Virus record (IMG/VR): IMGVR_UViG_3300045988_174111
Span: 1-64,000 of that record
Origin: a virus
Length of the DNA: 64,000 bases
Reading direction: 5' to 3' (one strand)
The notes below the pieces were generated by a model that was not told where the DNA came from, did no database searches, and was given only the letters and a program-made list of their open reading frames with translations. Position numbers and translations under genes: made by a program. This document shows, one piece after another, positions 49,801-58,180 of the stretch (position 1 is the stretch's first letter; every line of letters begins with the position of its first letter).

Positions 49801-51282
49801 AGATACCTTAACACGACCTGCATTCAAGAAACGTTCAAAAAGTAGATTATACCTCATCGGGTCTAACTTCGTAATTCCAAGAAGATAGGAAACAAGACAG
49901 CCCCCAGCAGAACCACGGCTGATTCCAGTCATTATCCCATTTCTGTGACACCAATTAATAATATCCCACGTAATTAAGAAATAATCAATTGCATCACCCA
50001 ATTTGATAACCCCTACTTCTCGGTCTATTCGCTCCATAATAACCTCTTCACCCCAATCCTCAATGAGGTCTGGGTGACGGTCAAGCCCATCCGATATAAG
50101 AGACCAAAAGAGGTCTTCATTCGTTTCAAATTTCTTGGCTTCTTCTTTTGTCATTTTATAACGCGGTAAATGTCTTTTTTTAACGTCAATGACAAAAGTA
50201 ATAGATTCGGCAATACTTTCAAGAAATTCCAAACCTTCTGTGAACCTTGAATAGACATCCATAAGGCCTTCATCTGTGTCTGGAAACATCTGTGAAAGCT
50301 CTGTAAATAATTGGTCGTTTGATTTGAAATATTGATTATCACTTTCGTATGCCGTTGTCCCTCCAATACTATGTAGGCGAGGCCTTATACAACTGTATTC
50401 TTCATCCAAATACCAAGCATCAACCGACGGAACAGGTAGCAAATTTCTATCCATGAAGAACTTTTTCAAGTTCTTCAAATACCATTCGTCCCTACTGTTA
50501 TCAACATATTCACATGGGTCAAGCTGATAGATAGCAGCATCCAAATTTAAACTTGATAAAACATCATAATCTAAGGTTTTGGGGTCCAGAAACAAAATCA
50601 AATCATCATTATCTCTCGTAATTTGATTAAAATCTTGAAGGCCAATGTATTTTGGATTGTCACAGTTTATGAACTTATTTATCGTCAAAAGGTCTTTCCA
50701 CCCCTTATCATTTCTTGCATACACTTTTACTGTGAATCTAATATCTCTTGGCTGGTCATATACGGTGCATTCCATCCCAATTATACTTTTCAGGCCGTTC
50801 TTTTGACATTCTGCCTGAAACTTCAAAGAACCAGCTAGCGAATTCTTTTCACAAATCCCTAAAGTGTTAACTCCAAGAAATTTAGCTTTTTTACACCAAT
50901 CAGAATACGTCCCGGAACCAGACATCATCTCATATTGGCCATGAACCCCAAGAAATACTTTAGTTTCAAATTCTTGTTTTGCAGCTCCAATATACTTCAA
51001 TCGTGTCAACTTGACATCATTTTCTTGCCCTTTTGACAACATGTAATACACCCCTCCAAATCGGTAAGCATAGAAGTCACAGTTTGTCTCAACTGTTCCA
51101 TCTTCAGCCCCACGATTGGGGTCAGCAGGAATTCCAACAAAATTGAAACTGTCATCAAACATCGCTCCGTCAAAGGCTTCTTTATACAGCTCAAAAGTCT
51201 TGCCGCCAATTTCAACTATATAGTCGGATAATTGTGTATAATCAAGTAAATTTTTTTCAAGGTATTCTTTAAATCTTTTCAT
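46816..51282 (-). CDS. dnaE: DNA polymerase III alpha subunit (DnaE-type), intein-containing
   Basis: PHP domain (LGVHGQYEMMSGSG...), palm PDIDCDYPGEDR, ISRGSAGG. The extein restores TYGVF-CYQEQIMQL (the YQEQxM motif). Confidence 0.9.
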   Translation of the reverse strand: MKRFKEYLEKNLLDYTQLSDYIVEIGGKTFELYKEAFDGAMFDDSFNFVGIPADPNRGAEDGTVETNCDFYAYRFGGVYYMLSKGQENDVKLTRLKYIGAAKQEFETKVFLGVHGQYEMMSGSGTYSDWCKKAKFLGVNTLGICEKNSLAGSLKFQAECQKNGLKSIIGMECTVYDQPRDIRFTVKVYARNDKGWKDLLTINKFINCDNPKYIGLQDFNQITRDNDDLILFLDPKTLDYDVLSSLNLDAAIYQLDPCEYVDNSRDEWYLKNLKKFFMDRNLLPVPSVDAWYLDEEYSCIRPRLHSIGGTTAYESDNQYFKSNDQLFTELSQMFPDTDEGLMDVYSRFTEGLEFLESIAESITFVIDVKKRHLPRYKMTKEEAKKFETNEDLFWSLISDGLDRHPDLIEDWGEEVIMERIDREVGVIKLGDAIDYFLITWDIINWCHRNGIMTGISRGSAGGCLVSYLLGITKLDPMRYNLLFERFLNAGRVKVSLPDIDCDYPGEDRPRVKKYMEERYGWNQVCSVGTYSALQLRAAIKDMARVYGLDFQSTNEMMKAFDVKDRKPEDLFKIACANSKVKNFVKSHPDLINEVMLIMPAPKAQSIHACAMMVFPDENDMFRWVPIRKSGDEYVTEWEGGEMDAAGFLKEDVLGVKQFDKFQDMVRLVKEHEGVDLDIFSIPLDDKEVYRYFKNGWNEDNFHFGSSGLTGYCKQMKPDNIEDLIAAISLYRPGAMENNFHNEFVVRKEGKKEIEYFVGTESILNNTYGVFCIAENSEVLTLNGIKKIQDIIPGDMVKTEDGSFQKVLLLKNNGVKKTVRVRSNFGRELVCTPDHKILTKRGWVEAQNLVKNDELKCWFEKPVRIDSLTEREKLEHWLIGYFIAEGTSTHSSPYFTVSNLEIANRLRELLLELDSDFEVTIKERSQVKKSGNVGKSIRVTVKAVSGKSNGFFSKNYQENKFNSLLKKYGLYLKNCYEKRLPSNYSLDMIAGVLEGDGCLKNDTLKMCNNSLLEDIYFALQSYQIHSSIFPRLNKLTVSWKDLFYCLPYRMLSKKKISRKSPTNYMWGRVKEVVHDEERVVYDISVENIHSFTVGGIIVHNCYQEQIMQLCRELGGLSLVEADDVRKAMVKKKYEALQQYKERFIPYYRDNYNVTQEYSEKVWDAIDKASTYLFNRSHAAAYAITGYISQWIKVHYPIEYWSVAFKYALDTDYSRYIAEINKTGVCTVRPVDINVSDVDVVINFEEKALYWSITGVKQVAEKAATQIIKERKENGQYWSLNDFITRHKWKGSAVNNRIIRNLILAGAFDKLEGITDISKRIDLLVDFLVGVKAEVKDDDPVLSGADLHANDSWWWALLQKQVSGLAFFDYQQIFERFKSEFPDAYEFANVEDCNDTDSRPNNGYVVVSGYVSDMEIKKTRKGDTMCRLILEANYEFLEVIIFQQEYEQLASLLEGSRSNLIIINGCLSYDNRKDSNILRANFETNIVTLTL
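47989..48975 (-). mobile_element. Intein (329 aa) with LAGLIDADG endonuclease, in DnaE next to the YQEQ motif
   Basis: Begins CIAENSEVLTLNG, has block B TPDH, ends GGIIVHN followed by +1 Cys. LAGLIDADG blocks WLIGYFIAEGT and MIAGVLEGDGC. Confidence 0.9.
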
Positions 51283-51916
51283 GTCTTAATTCCTTTTTAA
51301 CAAGCTCAGTTATATTTTCACCATCTTTACATCCAAGTGAAAGAAAAGTTTGAGCAAACTTTTCACTTACATGTGAATTTATTTCGTAGGAATCAGAATG
51401 ATAATCACAAAAAATTATCTCAACTTCTTTCCCGCATGAAGCCGAAAGCCTAAAAATTGCCTGAGCTTCAATAGGAAATCTAAGAGAACCAAAAACAACA
51501 TCACACGCTGCTGATTCCTCGATTGTCATTTTAGACAAACGATTCGTAATATCATTGACAGTCCATCTTGCCCAAATATCTTCTCCAGCTATCTTCTTCA
51601 AATATTCGCCTGTATTTTGCAATATTTCACGGCCGGATACAAACGAAAAATCAGGAACTATTGAATTCCCAGAAGTTGGGAGCATAATGTTTTGTTTCAG
51701 TTCTTTCCATTTTGCATAAACCGTTCCATCTAACTGAATACCTCTGTCACGTCCTGTGAAAGTATTCATAAGCGTTTGACGAATTCCCTCGCTGAAATCC
51801 CCTATAATAATCGAACGATTTTCTGAATCGGCCTTTGCTCTTAAAAATTCTGCACGATAAGACTTCCCGGAGCCAATAACCCCAACAAGCCCATAAATCT
51901 TTCCTTTATGGTTCAT
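51269..51916 (-). CDS. P-loop kinase, dNMP-kinase-like (putative)
   Basis: Walker A GLVGVIGSGKSY at the N-terminus. Small size and nucleotide-metabolism context. Confidence 0.45.
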   Translation of the reverse strand: MNHKGKIYGLVGVIGSGKSYRAEFLRAKADSENRSIIIGDFSEGIRQTLMNTFTGRDRGIQLDGTVYAKWKELKQNIMLPTSGNSIVPDFSFVSGREILQNTGEYLKKIAGEDIWARWTVNDITNRLSKMTIEESAACDVVFGSLRFPIEAQAIFRLSASCGKEVEIIFCDYHSDSYEINSHVSEKFAQTFLSLGCKDGENITELVKKELRHEKI

Positions 51917-52445
51917 ACTGTAACATAAATTTTTGAATACTTGTAAAAAGTTCCCAGTCCTTTGAATACTTTTTCATCAGATTCTCACAGTTTTCAATAC
52001 ACTGTAATAATTTCTTAGACGAGTTCCCAAGGGCACATTCGTTTTTACAGAAAATCCACAAATCTAAATAATCACATGTCTTAAATAGGCGATACTGTAA
52101 ATCAGACATTAAAGACTTAATCTCAGAATCAGAATATGGTGCCAAAACTGTATCTCCATGACAAATCTCATATTCAATGATATCCCACGCGGAAGAAGTA
52201 TTTTCATTAAATTTCTTCACGCACGCATTAAGGTCGCCAGTAACACTTTCGACAAAATCATGAAGCAATACTTTGTCAAATACATTAATGTCGTAGGATA
52301 CGTCTTCTTCGGAAGCAAACCAACGAAATAACATACCTACTACGAGGCCATGCTCCAAGAGATTGTACCCCCTGTGGTGGGGGGTATTTGGCAATCTCTG
52401 GATATCTTTCATTCCTAAAAGGATGTCAATTTTTTTGTAATTCAT
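51906..52445 (-). CDS. HD-domain phosphohydrolase (5'-deoxynucleotidase-like)
   Basis: H...HD...D pattern: LLEHGLVVGML...VLLHDFVESVTGD. Confidence 0.55.
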   Translation of the reverse strand: MNYKKIDILLGMKDIQRLPNTPHHRGYNLLEHGLVVGMLFRWFASEEDVSYDINVFDKVLLHDFVESVTGDLNACVKKFNENTSSAWDIIEYEICHGDTVLAPYSDSEIKSLMSDLQYRLFKTCDYLDLWIFCKNECALGNSSKKLLQCIENCENLMKKYSKDWELFTSIQKFMLQYEP

Positions 52446-52465
52446 GCTATATTTATTTTAGTGAA

Positions 52466-53578
52466 CTATCCAATAAATAATTCATTCAACAACGGGTTTT
52501 TAAACTCGATAGGCTGTTTTGTCCAATAACGATAAATTATTTTACCCCAATCGGAAAATAAACCTTTAAAAAATCCAAGTTCTTCAAGTAAATCTTCCTT
52601 CTTTAAGCCTGCACGACACATCTCTTCAAATTGAGATAATTCCCCTATCCAGTAGTCGAACTCCTCTAATGTTTTAAACGTTGCATCGTATGTAAAGTTT
52701 ATTCCGGAAGAATATAAATTCGGGTCTCTTTTAGCTATTTCTTCGACCATAGGAATAAAATCCTTATAGACGTGAAGATTATCTACCTTATGGTAATATT
52801 TTCCGACAGGCACGCCCACTATTGCCGCAACATATTCCTGCATCAATGTAAAGTTAAATACATTCACTGCGCTAAACCCCCATATCAGGTCATTCGAACG
52901 CATATCAACATAACAGTTCATCTTCCCATCGACAACCATAAAATGAATTGAACGTGTGCAAGGAGTATCCTTTGTTTCCAAGATAGCTGCCTTTTCTGAA
53001 CCGCCTTCTTCATTTTGATAATGAGCATTAAAATTGTCAGAAATAGGGTCGTGAATCGTAATAACCGCTTCACGAGTGTCAATATCCTGTTTGAATTTTT
53101 CAATCACAAAGCGTAATTGGTCAGTAACATTTTGGTATGGAGCTGGCCGTTTCAACTTTGTTTGGCGACCGTTATCGTCTGCTTTTCCGTTCTTATACTG
53201 ACGTGGAAGGAGTTGTCCGGACAATGTTACCATCGACTCAAAATTATCGCCGTAACGACGTATTCGAGGCCCATACCCAGCTCTCATAAATTTACCATCA
53301 TCAGAAAAGTTCAACAAATTCTTTACATAGCTTGCAGGCATTTCCAAACTGTTATCTCCACGAGCAAGCCACAAACTTTCAATCCATCCTAATGTTTTGT
53401 TCCATTTACGTTCCGGAATACGAACGTAACGGTCAGTTGGATTTGAAATTTCAATCAAAACTGCCCCAGGAAATTCTCTACATTGAAAGCCTCTTCTTGT
53501 AACATCAATTCCTCTTTCAACTAGCCCCCGACTTAATAGGATGAGGGCACTACTTAAATTTTCTGCTTGAAAAAACAT
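52466..53578 (-). CDS. Thymidylate synthase (ThyA)-fold enzyme, candidate pyrimidine hydroxymethylase
   Basis: Catalytic Cys context TPCTRSIHFMVVDGKMNCYVDMRSNDLIWGFSAVNVFNF aligns by eye with ThyA PCH..QF.V...LSC.LYQRS.D..LG.PFNIASY. It is ~100 aa longer than canonical ThyA. Confidence 0.7.
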   Translation of the reverse strand: MFFQAENLSSALILLSRGLVERGIDVTRRGFQCREFPGAVLIEISNPTDRYVRIPERKWNKTLGWIESLWLARGDNSLEMPASYVKNLLNFSDDGKFMRAGYGPRIRRYGDNFESMVTLSGQLLPRQYKNGKADDNGRQTKLKRPAPYQNVTDQLRFVIEKFKQDIDTREAVITIHDPISDNFNAHYQNEEGGSEKAAILETKDTPCTRSIHFMVVDGKMNCYVDMRSNDLIWGFSAVNVFNFTLMQEYVAAIVGVPVGKYYHKVDNLHVYKDFIPMVEEIAKRDPNLYSSGINFTYDATFKTLEEFDYWIGELSQFEEMCRAGLKKEDLLEELGFFKGLFSDWGKIIYRYWTKQPIEFKNPLLNELFIG

Positions 53579-53591
53579 ATCTCTAAATTAT

Positions 53592-54635
53592 TTATTCAAC
53601 AATAAATTCTCCTGGCTTAGGAAGAACCGCATTCCATTTAGGAGGAAAGACAAAATTAATCTCCTTGGAGCTTTTTTCATACGTGTGTTTGATTCTTTCA
53701 TTGCGCCCTTTATTGAAGGAAGCACCAAGCCCCTTGGCAAACTTACTTGTCTCACAGAAACAGTTTTGCAAATTTGTTAAAGTCGGAACAGGTTCCCAAG
53801 GTAAGGGATTCCATTTCATACCGCTTTCTTTGCAAAATTTATTCATCAATTCTTCGAAATTTTCGTGAACCCATTTAATTACTCCCACATAATCATAACG
53901 TTTCCCGGACGCTCCTTCAAATGTCCACCCGATTCCTTTTAAAGACCCTGGACCAGTAATGACAAAATCATTTTCCGAAAAATTAAACAAAGGGGAATAA
54001 TTCAAGTCGATGCAATACTGTTGTGCAGTAAAGTCCCCGTATATTTTCATTTTTCGAAATACCCAATACAATTCTTCAAAAGACTTTGCCTCCAGAAAAT
54101 CATACAAATGACCATTCTGAAATATTTCATCTTCGAAGATACGAAAATGCGCCCGATGCTTACTCATCCCCGTGATATGCTTGTATTCGGGGTATTGATA
54201 AAAGAAGCAATTAACGATATACGCATTCCCATAAATTGTATCACCACTTTCAATTACTTCATCTAAGAACTTAGCAATATTTTCTAGCCCTACTTCGTAG
54301 GTAATATCACCAAATTCTTTTTCAAGCAAGTCCCAAGTTTCGTTTTTGTTGAAATGCTTAAAAAGCAATATGCGAAAGAACATATCTTCTGGCTCATACT
54401 GTTTTCCGTTGTAAATTACACGACTCAACAGGTATTGGCTCACACGGTCAAGGCATCTATAAACATTCGTAAACTTGAATCTCCGAAGTATTTCATCGTC
54501 TGTCCATGGTCCAACCTGTCCATTGTACTTCTTCCAGAAGATATTCATTCTTTCGCATATCCAATACAAAAACCAATTAAATGTTTCTAATGGGACTGGA
54601 ATAAACTCATTTTCCTTTCTTTTTCCCATTTTCAA
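53592..54635 (-). CDS. Helical protein, possibly related to 5-hmdU-kinase helical domain or aGPT-pyrophosphorylase families (DNA base hypermodification)
   Basis: Motif PWTDDEILRRFKFTNVYRCLDRVSQYL is recalled from 'DNA base hypermodification' proteins. This rests on context and memory only. Confidence 0.4.
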   Translation of the reverse strand: MKMGKRKENEFIPVPLETFNWFLYWICERMNIFWKKYNGQVGPWTDDEILRRFKFTNVYRCLDRVSQYLLSRVIYNGKQYEPEDMFFRILLFKHFNKNETWDLLEKEFGDITYEVGLENIAKFLDEVIESGDTIYGNAYIVNCFFYQYPEYKHITGMSKHRAHFRIFEDEIFQNGHLYDFLEAKSFEELYWVFRKMKIYGDFTAQQYCIDLNYSPLFNFSENDFVITGPGSLKGIGWTFEGASGKRYDYVGVIKWVHENFEELMNKFCKESGMKWNPLPWEPVPTLTNLQNCFCETSKFAKGLGASFNKGRNERIKHTYEKSSKEINFVFPPKWNAVLPKPGEFIVE

Positions 54636-55353
54636 ATGTTTTAAACGAATTTCTGTCTATATAATCTGATTTTTTACAAAAAGCAATAAATTCATCACAC
54701 AACTCAGAAAGTTCGAAAAATTTTAAAATGTGGACACCTAAATCCCACACTGGAGAATCATAGGGTTGGTCATGTAAAACCACATTCCCTCCGGCATCGT
54801 TCACTTCTTTTCTCTCTCTTTGAGCCTTTTCAAAATCGTGAAGGAAAGTACGGTGCTTTCTCCACATGCAATCCCCCTTTGGAGGCTCGCCAGAGCGATA
54901 TGTTATCCGAGCACAGTATTCATCCCACTGGTCATCACGATAATCGTAGCGAACGTGAAGAATGTTTGAAAAACCTGAACTCTCACACAAACTCAAAGGA
55001 CGCAATCTCCAAGAAACTGTCGTACCTGCCCCATCAATTAGAACTCCATGACCTGCCTTCGAAACTTCTTCTAGGAAGAAGGAAAGCCCCTCAGCCTTGC
55101 AAAGTCTTGAAGTCATGCTATCATACCCCTGCCAACGACGAACTCCCCCGTTCTCGTAAAACTTTCCCACAAAAACCATATTAAAGTCAGGTGAATAAAC
55201 CCCAACTTCCTTTTCCTTTCCGTCAAGAGTTTTGAACTTATACGGGAGAAGTTCCATCCCTAAGGATTCTAAAAATTCCAGGAAGAGGTAAACCCTTGTG
55301 GACTTACCACTTCCAGAAATTCCTTTTACTAAAACTATAGATTCACCGTCCAT
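54607..55353 (-). CDS. P-loop NTPase/kinase-like protein
   Basis: Walker A VLVKGISGSGKSTRV at the N-terminus. Overlaps the downstream helical-protein gene by 29 nt. Confidence 0.5.
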   Translation of the reverse strand: MDGESIVLVKGISGSGKSTRVYLFLEFLESLGMELLPYKFKTLDGKEKEVGVYSPDFNMVFVGKFYENGGVRRWQGYDSMTSRLCKAEGLSFFLEEVSKAGHGVLIDGAGTTVSWRLRPLSLCESSGFSNILHVRYDYRDDQWDEYCARITYRSGEPPKGDCMWRKHRTFLHDFEKAQRERKEVNDAGGNVVLHDQPYDSPVWDLGVHILKFFELSELCDEFIAFCKKSDYIDRNSFKTFENGKKKGK

Positions 55354-55356
55354 TTG

Positions 55357-56040
55357 TTATTTCTTTTTCGGCGTTTTCTTTGCAGGCGCAGATTGAGTAT
55401 CCTCAGCCAGTTCCAACGCTGTTGCGCGTTTCTTCACAGGCTTATCATCACCAAACTTAACCATACATTTTTCTTTTCCATCGCCGGACTGATATAAACG
55501 AACAACTTCGCCAACAGTGCTGGAACCTTTCAACGTTACTTTTGAGCCAACTTTCAGTCCTGGAACCTCTGTTGATTCTTCAAGATTCTGTCGTTTTGTT
55601 TCACGCGATTTTTCAGATTTTCCGGCCTTGGCACCCTCTCTCATTGATTTGTCTGACTTAGAAGGGGTCTTTCTTTCTTTCTGACGCTTGTCATATTCTT
55701 TTTCAGCAGCGGCAAGACGGGCTTCTTCTTCTTCGGTAAGCTTTTCTTCGGACTGATAATTCGAATTGCGTTTGTTCTGACGCTTCATAGCTGCTTCTGG
55801 TGAACCATCACCGTCTTCATCTTCAGACTCTTTTTCTTCCTCTTTCTTTACCGGAGCCTTCTTCGGAGCCTTTTTAGGAGCTTCCTTCTTTTCTTCCGCT
55901 TCACCGCCCATTTTTTCCAAAAATTCCTGAGCAATTTTTACTTCCAATTCGGTTGATTCCTCATTGTTAACAATTTCTTCCAACTGTTCTTTCGAAAATT
56001 TTCTGTACTTCATGCGAAGTGCTAATGCATTGTTTGCCAT
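55357..56040 (-). CDS. Highly charged K/E-rich protein with C-terminal small beta-barrel-like segment
   Basis: Low-complexity KKEAPKKAPKKAPVKKEEEKESEDEDGD. C-terminus LKVGSKVTLKGSSTVGEVVRLYQSGDGKEKCMVKF. Confidence 0.6.
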   Translation of the reverse strand: MANNALALRMKYRKFSKEQLEEIVNNEESTELEVKIAQEFLEKMGGEAEEKKEAPKKAPKKAPVKKEEEKESEDEDGDGSPEAAMKRQNKRNSNYQSEEKLTEEEEARLAAAEKEYDKRQKERKTPSKSDKSMREGAKAGKSEKSRETKRQNLEESTEVPGLKVGSKVTLKGSSTVGEVVRLYQSGDGKEKCMVKFGDDKPVKKRATALELAEDTQSAPAKKTPKKK

Positions 56041-56101
56041 AATCGTTTTTCTTTTTTGGTTAAAATTCTATTTTAGAAATAAATTATCACTTATCTCGGT
56101 A

Positions 56102-56109
56102 CAAATATA
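56102..56109 (-). promoter_or_regulatory. -7 box TATATTTG (no clear -33)
   Basis: Exact TAnnTTTG in the GGTACAAATATAAC context, 62 nt upstream of the ATG at 56040. Confidence 0.4.
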
Positions 56110-56156
56110 ACGTAAATAATTCGAATCCTAATGATTTTTCTCAATAAAAATCGAAA

Positions 56157-56606
56157 TTATTTTGTTCCAGTATGGCCAAATCCTCCAGTTCCTCTTTCTG
56201 TATCAGTAAGTTCTTCGACTGAAGAAACTTCGACAACTTCCTCGACTTTTGCATAGGGGGCAAAGACAATTTGGGCAATTCTGTCACCATTCTCAATAGT
56301 TTGTGGTTCTGTCGACAGGTTAATCAACGGAACACCTACTTCCCCACGATAGTCAGCGTCAATGGTTCCAGGAGCATTGATTACGGTCAGACCCTGTTTA
56401 ACAGCGCAACCGCTGCGAGGTCTCACCTGACCCTCGTACCCCTGTTCGATTTCCATATACAAACCAGTAGGGATGATTTTACGCTCCATCGGAGCCAATG
56501 TGATTGAACCCTCGGGAAGATAGGCACGCAAGTCCATACCCGAACTGTCTGGAGTTTTGTACTCCGGCAGAGCATTTGTGCTCTTGTTTACGATTCTTAA
56601 TTTCAT
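56157..56606 (-). CDS. dut: dUTPase (trimeric Dut)
   Basis: SSGMDLRA, RPRSGCAVKQGL, GTIDADYRGEV, GDRIAQIVF, RGTGGFGHTG (the five Dut motifs). Confidence 0.92.
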   Translation of the reverse strand: MKLRIVNKSTNALPEYKTPDSSGMDLRAYLPEGSITLAPMERKIIPTGLYMEIEQGYEGQVRPRSGCAVKQGLTVINAPGTIDADYRGEVGVPLINLSTEPQTIENGDRIAQIVFAPYAKVEEVVEVSSVEELTDTERGTGGFGHTGTK

Positions 56607-56629
56607 ACTTTAAATGATTAAAATGAATG

Positions 56630-57121
56630 TTACAACCAATCAAAATTGTTTATAATTGTGATGTCATTATATTTAACGAGAAAATCACCTTTCGAGCCTC
56701 GAATTTTGACTTCCTCCTTAGCAGGATTGTTGCTTACGACCTCCATTATCGTCCCTTTGTACAGGACTTTGGTGTCCCTGTAAAGGATATACCAACGGTC
56801 ATAATTTCCCTGAACTCTTCTCTGTTCTTCGTCTTTGTACTGAAACGCTGGAAGACCTTTCTTTCCCCAGAAATTCTTTTCGACGAACTCCGCCACATTA
56901 TATCCAGGAGTGAATATGCTGTCGACGTTGAATTTCACACTCAACTCAATAATCTTCAACCGCTTCTTCTTAGCAATATCCGCTGCGACTGACGCATACG
57001 TTCCATTACGGTATATAGAGGAACGTAATTTGTGAGTCAGATACTCTAATTGAAGCCGTGTCAAAAACTGTCTGTGGCGCAGTCCTTTGTCCTCACAGGT
57101 TTCTTCTCTTACTTTGTCCAT
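56630..57121 (-). CDS. Hypothetical protein
   Basis: 163-aa ORF between primase and dUTPase. Confidence 0.6.
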   Translation of the reverse strand: MDKVREETCEDKGLRHRQFLTRLQLEYLTHKLRSSIYRNGTYASVAADIAKKKRLKIIELSVKFNVDSIFTPGYNVAEFVEKNFWGKKGLPAFQYKDEEQRRVQGNYDRWYILYRDTKVLYKGTIMEVVSNNPAKEEVKIRGSKGDFLVKYNDITIINNFDWL

Positions 57122-57127
57122 AATTGC

Positions 57128-58180
57128 TCAAATTTTTATTTCCACTTTATTATAAAAGAAGCTAATTGGGTCGACCGCACCCCTCAAAACTTCTTCGAGA
57201 TATTCCAAATCAATGTTTCCAGGGTCTATTCCTGGCTTCCTAATCGCTGTCACGTACACACGGTCAAACAGTTCCTTCATCTTTAATGCCGACTCTTTGC
57301 TCTCGTTTATAGTTCCAAAATCGTACAGAAGTATGACGTTCTTGATACCTTTCTTGAGCATCATGTTAATCTGTCCTTGACCGATATTATTCCCGAACGT
57401 GAAGCAACACTTAATGTCGTCAAGATGTTGAAGTCCTAAGAGGTTGTCGATATTCACTTTGTCAAAGATGCCCTCAACGATTATGACCGTTTCAGTCTTC
57501 CCCTCTATCAACTCATCGCAACCCCCTAACAGGTCTTGAAAGTTGTTCTCGGAGTTCCTGTAACGTAACACCAAGTCAGCCTCGTGACGCTTGTATGCCT
57601 CAAGATTTTCTTTGTGCCATTCCTTTGAATACCTACTTCTAGCCCACCATGCTACGCACACGCCATCGACTTTCATCTTAAAAATAATGAAATTCTTTAA
57701 TTTTGGCTCTAAGGGGGTATCAGTGTAGGAAGGCTCAAATTCCTCATAATGTTCTTTTTTAAATCCGCGACTGTCCAAATAGGGGTCGTCAACCAACGGC
57801 TTAATTCTTAATGGGAGAACAACAGGCTTTAATTCCTGCTTTGCTTCAGATTCATCAGAATCCATCCATTTTGAATGTTCAACCTGAAGCTCGCCAATTT
57901 TGGGGCAGTCCTCTAATTCATTTAATTTAACTGAATAAGAACGTTTCGTAAGGTCGAGCCTTCCGAGTTTCTTTAAAAATTCAAAAACAGAAACTTTTCT
58001 TGGGCATTTCCAACAGTGGAACGTCGCCCTTCCGTCTTGATTAAATATCACCCCCCATTTTCCCATTTTACCACAAAAGGGGCATGGCATATCCTTATTC
58101 GTCAGCCACCCTTGAGCTCCAAAAGGGGATAAATTAAATTCTGAAATTATACGTTCCTTATCGTACCTCATGTCTATCAA
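57128..58180 (-). CDS. dnaG: DNA primase (zinc-finger + TOPRIM)
   Basis: Zn ribbon CPFCG...CWKCPRK. TOPRIM VIIVEGIFDKV and ILLYDFG. Confidence 0.75.
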   Translation of the reverse strand: MIDMRYDKERIISEFNLSPFGAQGWLTNKDMPCPFCGKMGKWGVIFNQDGRATFHCWKCPRKVSVFEFLKKLGRLDLTKRSYSVKLNELEDCPKIGELQVEHSKWMDSDESEAKQELKPVVLPLRIKPLVDDPYLDSRGFKKEHYEEFEPSYTDTPLEPKLKNFIIFKMKVDGVCVAWWARSRYSKEWHKENLEAYKRHEADLVLRYRNSENNFQDLLGGCDELIEGKTETVIIVEGIFDKVNIDNLLGLQHLDDIKCCFTFGNNIGQGQINMMLKKGIKNVILLYDFGTINESKESALKMKELFDRVYVTAIRKPGIDPGNIDLEYLEEVLRGAVDPISFFYNKVEIKI

